Origin: Azolla caroliniana
Lineage: Eukaryota; Plantae; Polypodiophyta
Reading direction: 5' to 3'
Assembly: GCA_043228905.1 (NCBI GenBank)
Contig: JBHGNT010000014.1
Location: 2,604,001-2,668,000, forward strand
Length of the DNA stretch: 64,000 nucleotides
Part shown: one piece after another, positions 60,720 through 64,000 of the stretch
How positions within the stretch are numbered: position 1 is the first letter of the stretch
Layout: each line of letters begins with the position of its first letter
Made by a program: the position numbers and the translations under genes
Notes under the pieces: generated by a model
Database searches by the model: none
Told to the model about the DNA's origin: nothing
What the model saw: the letters and a program-made list of their open reading frames with translations, nothing else

Positions 60720-63700
60720 TGTCGAGAACTGATCGTTCCTTATGCGCAACGCTCGGCCACAACCGAGATTCTTTTCATACACAGAAAATGGGAAATAAAA
60801 CACGACACAAAGGAGAGGAAGATACACAGGAGGTTTACGTGGAAAACCCAAAGAGGGAAAAACCACGGCAGCCCATAGGCTGCAAACTGTCACTATGTGA
60901 GAATGTACAACAGTGAGTTCACTGAGGCAACGACCTCGTGCTCACAGATCTTCGCCACACGCGGCGATTACAATAGAGGCAACGACCTCTTTCTCTCTCT
61001 CTCTCTCTGTACACTATTACGTGCTCTCTCTTCTTCTTGCACCAACAAGAAAAAAATGACAACAGCAGTTACTAAAAGTTTGCCCTAAGTCATATTTATA
61101 CTAGTATGACTTTTCGGCTATTTACAAATGTAGCCTCGATAGGCTCTCAGAAACATATTTACGAATATGTCTCTTCATCCGGTTCATACCGGGTCTGTAC
61201 CATCCGGCTCTCCGTAGCCGGGTATTCCTCATCCGGTCTTCACCGGGTCTGTATCATCCGGCTCTCCGTAGCCGGGTACTCCTCATCCGGTTCATACCGG
61301 GCCTGCACCATCCGGCTCTCCGTAGCCGGGTACTCCTCATCCGGTTCATACCGGGCCTGCACCATCCGGCTCTCCGTAGCCGGGTCCTCCTCATACGGTT
61401 TCGGCCTCGGCCGAGTTTGTTCATCGGCACTGTTCTTCTCCCTTCCCATCCGGAGGGACCTGTCTCCCAACAAACTCCCCCTTCACTCCGGCATGGGGTG
61501 TCTTACCAGTCCGATCCTCTTCCGGCATGCGTCCATCTTGTCGGGTGTCAGCACTTTGGTCAGCATATCTGACCCGTTCTCGGCCATGTGGATCTTCGTC
61601 AGTGCGAACTCCTGGTCATCTACTCTTTCCCGGATCCAGTGATACCTCCGCTGGATATGCTTCGTCCGGGAATGGTAGGCCGCATTCTTAGCAAGGTGGA
61701 TGGCACTTTGATTGTCGCAGTAGAGTCGGTATTCCCCTTGCCGGATACCGAGCTCTCCGATGAAGTCCTTCATCCATAATATTTCCTTGCCGGCTTCCAC
61801 AGCCGCCATGTACTCCGCCTCTGTGGTTGACAATGCAACCGTCTTCTGTAGCCTCGACTGCCACGAAACAGCTCCCCCTGCATATGTCATCACATACCTG
61901 GATGTAGACCGGCTGGTATCCACATCAGCCGACATGTCCGAATCGGTGAAACCGTCCAGTTGAGGTTTTCTGGAGCCGAATCGGAGACACATATTTGAAG
62001 TGCCCTTCAAATACCGGAGTATCCATTTGATCGCGTTCCAGTGCTCCTTGCCGGGATTGCTCATAAACCGGCTCACCACTCCGACTGCGTATCCAATGTC
62101 CGGTCGGGTACAAACCATTGCGTACATCAAGCTCCCGACAGCAGAGACATATGGAATCTTCATCATATCCACCTTCTCTGCTTTCGTCTTAGGGCTTTGC
62201 TTACCGGATAGCCTGCAGTTTGCCAGAAGTGTCGATCCGACTGGTTTCGCCTCTGACATGTTGAACCGGTGAAGCACCTTTGTCACATACTTCTCCTGTG
62301 ACAGCCATAGTTGCTTCACTGACCGGTCCCGAATGATGTGCATCCCCAGCATCTGTCTTGCCGGACCCAAGTCTTTCATTGAGAAGGTCCGGTTGAGGGC
62401 CTTCTTCAGCATCCGTATTTTGACTTGGTCCCGTCCGACGATCAACATGTCATCCACGTACATAAGGAGTATCAGGAAGTCTCCTCCTTCGAACTTCTTC
62501 ACAAACACGCAGTGATCGGCTTGCGTCTTGTGGTACCCTTGATCGGTCATGAAGGAGTCGAACTTCCGGTACCATTGTCGGGGAGCCTGCTTCAGTCCGT
62601 ACAAGCTCTTCTTCAACCGGCATACCAGGTGCTCCTTCCCTTTCTCCACGAAACCTTCCGGTTGCTGCATGTAGATCTCCTCTTCGAGGTCGCTGTGAAG
62701 GAATGTCGTCTTCACGTCCAGCTGCTCTACCTCGAGGTCCATGCTTGCTGCTATACTCAGCACCGTCCGGATGGAGGTCATCTTTACTACCGGGGCAAAT
62801 ATCTCGTCGAAGTCCATGCCCTTCTTCTGCTGGAACCCCTTCACCACGATCCTGGCTTTGTATCTCGGGGGGTTGCCGGTATCTCTCGGTTTCAACTTGT
62901 ACACCCACTTGTTTCGGAGTGCCCGCTTTCCTTTCGGCAACTCCACCAATTCGTATGTATGGTTCTCATGCAGGGAATCCATCTCATCCTGCATGGCACT
63001 TAACCATTTTTGGCTGTGGGTGTCTTCCTTCACTTCTTCGAACCTTTCCGGCTCCCCCTCATCGGTCAGCAGAACATGCTCTGCATCCGGAAATCTCCGA
63101 GGGGCCCTTCTCTCTCTGAGAGGATATCTCCGTCTTCGGGCTTCGGTAACCAGCTCCTCCATTTGCTCTTCATCCGAATCCGATTCGGGGTCTTGGCCGG
63201 TTCCGGAATCAGCTTCCTCTACCTCTTCTTCTGCCGGTTCGGTATCCTCACCGTAACCGGCTGGTTCCTCGAGTGCTAACCGGTCTCTTGCCGGTTGGGT
63301 CTGCTCATCGTAGAGTCTATCCTTACCGGTCGACTCAGAGTTCATTATCTTCTTCTCCGACTCCCAGTCGGCGAGCGTCTTGTCCTCCATGAAGATAATA
63401 TCTCAACTCCGGAATACCTTCTTGTCAACCGGGTCCCACACTCGGTAGCCGAACTCATCGTCACCGTAACCGAGGAATATGCATGGCCGGGTCTTTGGAT
63501 CTAACTTACCTCTCCGGTCCTTACCTACATGCACGTAAGCGAGACACCTGAACACCTTCAGATGCCGGTAGGATACTTCCTTACCGGTCCACACTCTCTG
63601 TGGTGTGTCTCCGTCCAAGGGTACTGAGGGTGATCTATTTATCACGTATGTCGCCGTCGACAGTGCCTCAGCCCAAAACTTCTTGGGTAGTTTTGCATGC

Positions 63701-64000
63701 GCTAGCATACTCCGGACCCTCTCCATTATGGTCCGGTTCATCCTCTCGGCCAGTCCGTTTAGTTCCGGCGTCTTCGGCATGGTAAATTCGAGACGGATTC
63801 CCTTCGAGCGGCAGTACTCCTCGAACTGCCCCCGGTACTCTCCTCCGTTATCTGCTCGAACCGCCTTCAACTTCCGGCCGGTTTCTCTTTCCACTCTCGC
63901 GTGGAGCTCTTTGAAGACGGATAACACCTGATCCTTTGTCTTCAACGGTGTGGCCCACAGCTTCCGGCTGTGGTAATCTATGAACGTTACGAAGTACTGC
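60720..64000 (-). mobile_element. Ty1/Copia family A, copy 2: 3' LTR (60720-61472), PPT and pol; continues off the right edge
   Basis: LTR homologous to 574-1243. PPT AGGGGGAGTT lies adjacent at 61473-61482. The pol ORFs are on the minus strand. Confidence 0.93.
61483..64000 (-). pseudogene. Copia pol (integrase-RT-RNase H) with one premature in-frame stop at 63403-63405
   Basis: ORFs 63403-63945 (ADNGGEY, NGLAERMNR) and 61483-63390 (QLDVKTTFL, MYVDDML, FTDSDM) are in the same frame. TGA replaces the R of the conserved RSRD motif. Confidence 0.9.

Noticed and set aside
574-61472. LTRs at 574-1243 and 60720-61472 as the two ends of one giant element enclosing GLYR2 and TEN1
   Set aside because: The PBS lies to the left of the first and the PPT to the right of the second, so their internal regions point outward. 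The LTRs differ substantially and no shared TSD is evident.
53427-63931. Numerous short ORFs antisense to or overlapping Copia pol
   Set aside because: They are shadow ORFs of GC-rich retroelement coding sequence with no independent motifs.

Overview
Eukaryotic land-plant genomic DNA. The TE repertoire and the very long introns suggest a large-genome non-flowering plant such as a fern or lycophyte, but that is inference. Two spliced host genes face each other. GLYR2 (plastid glyoxylate/succinic semialdehyde reductase, + strand) has 12 exons and a 1023-bp CDS over 17001-44076, including one GC-AG intron. TEN1 (telomere CST subunit, - strand) has 3 exons over 45104-46815. Most of the rest is nested transposons: four Ty1/Copia families (two young intact copies with TSDs), two Ty3/Gypsy gag fragments, an L1-type LINE with TSD, RTEX-like LINE pieces, two adjacent Mutator-like elements at a (CATA)n tract, and an hAT-type MITE just upstream of GLYR2. 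The most notable feature is in GLYR2 intron 7: a Penelope-like retroelement present as two head-to-head inverted copies with arms of about 1.2 kb. Its RT ends without a C-terminal GIY-YIG endonuclease. Each copy carries a minimal type I hammerhead-ribozyme fold (39685-39730 +, 36874-36919 -) with the inactivating G5A core change. All coordinates were read by eye and no database searches were run.
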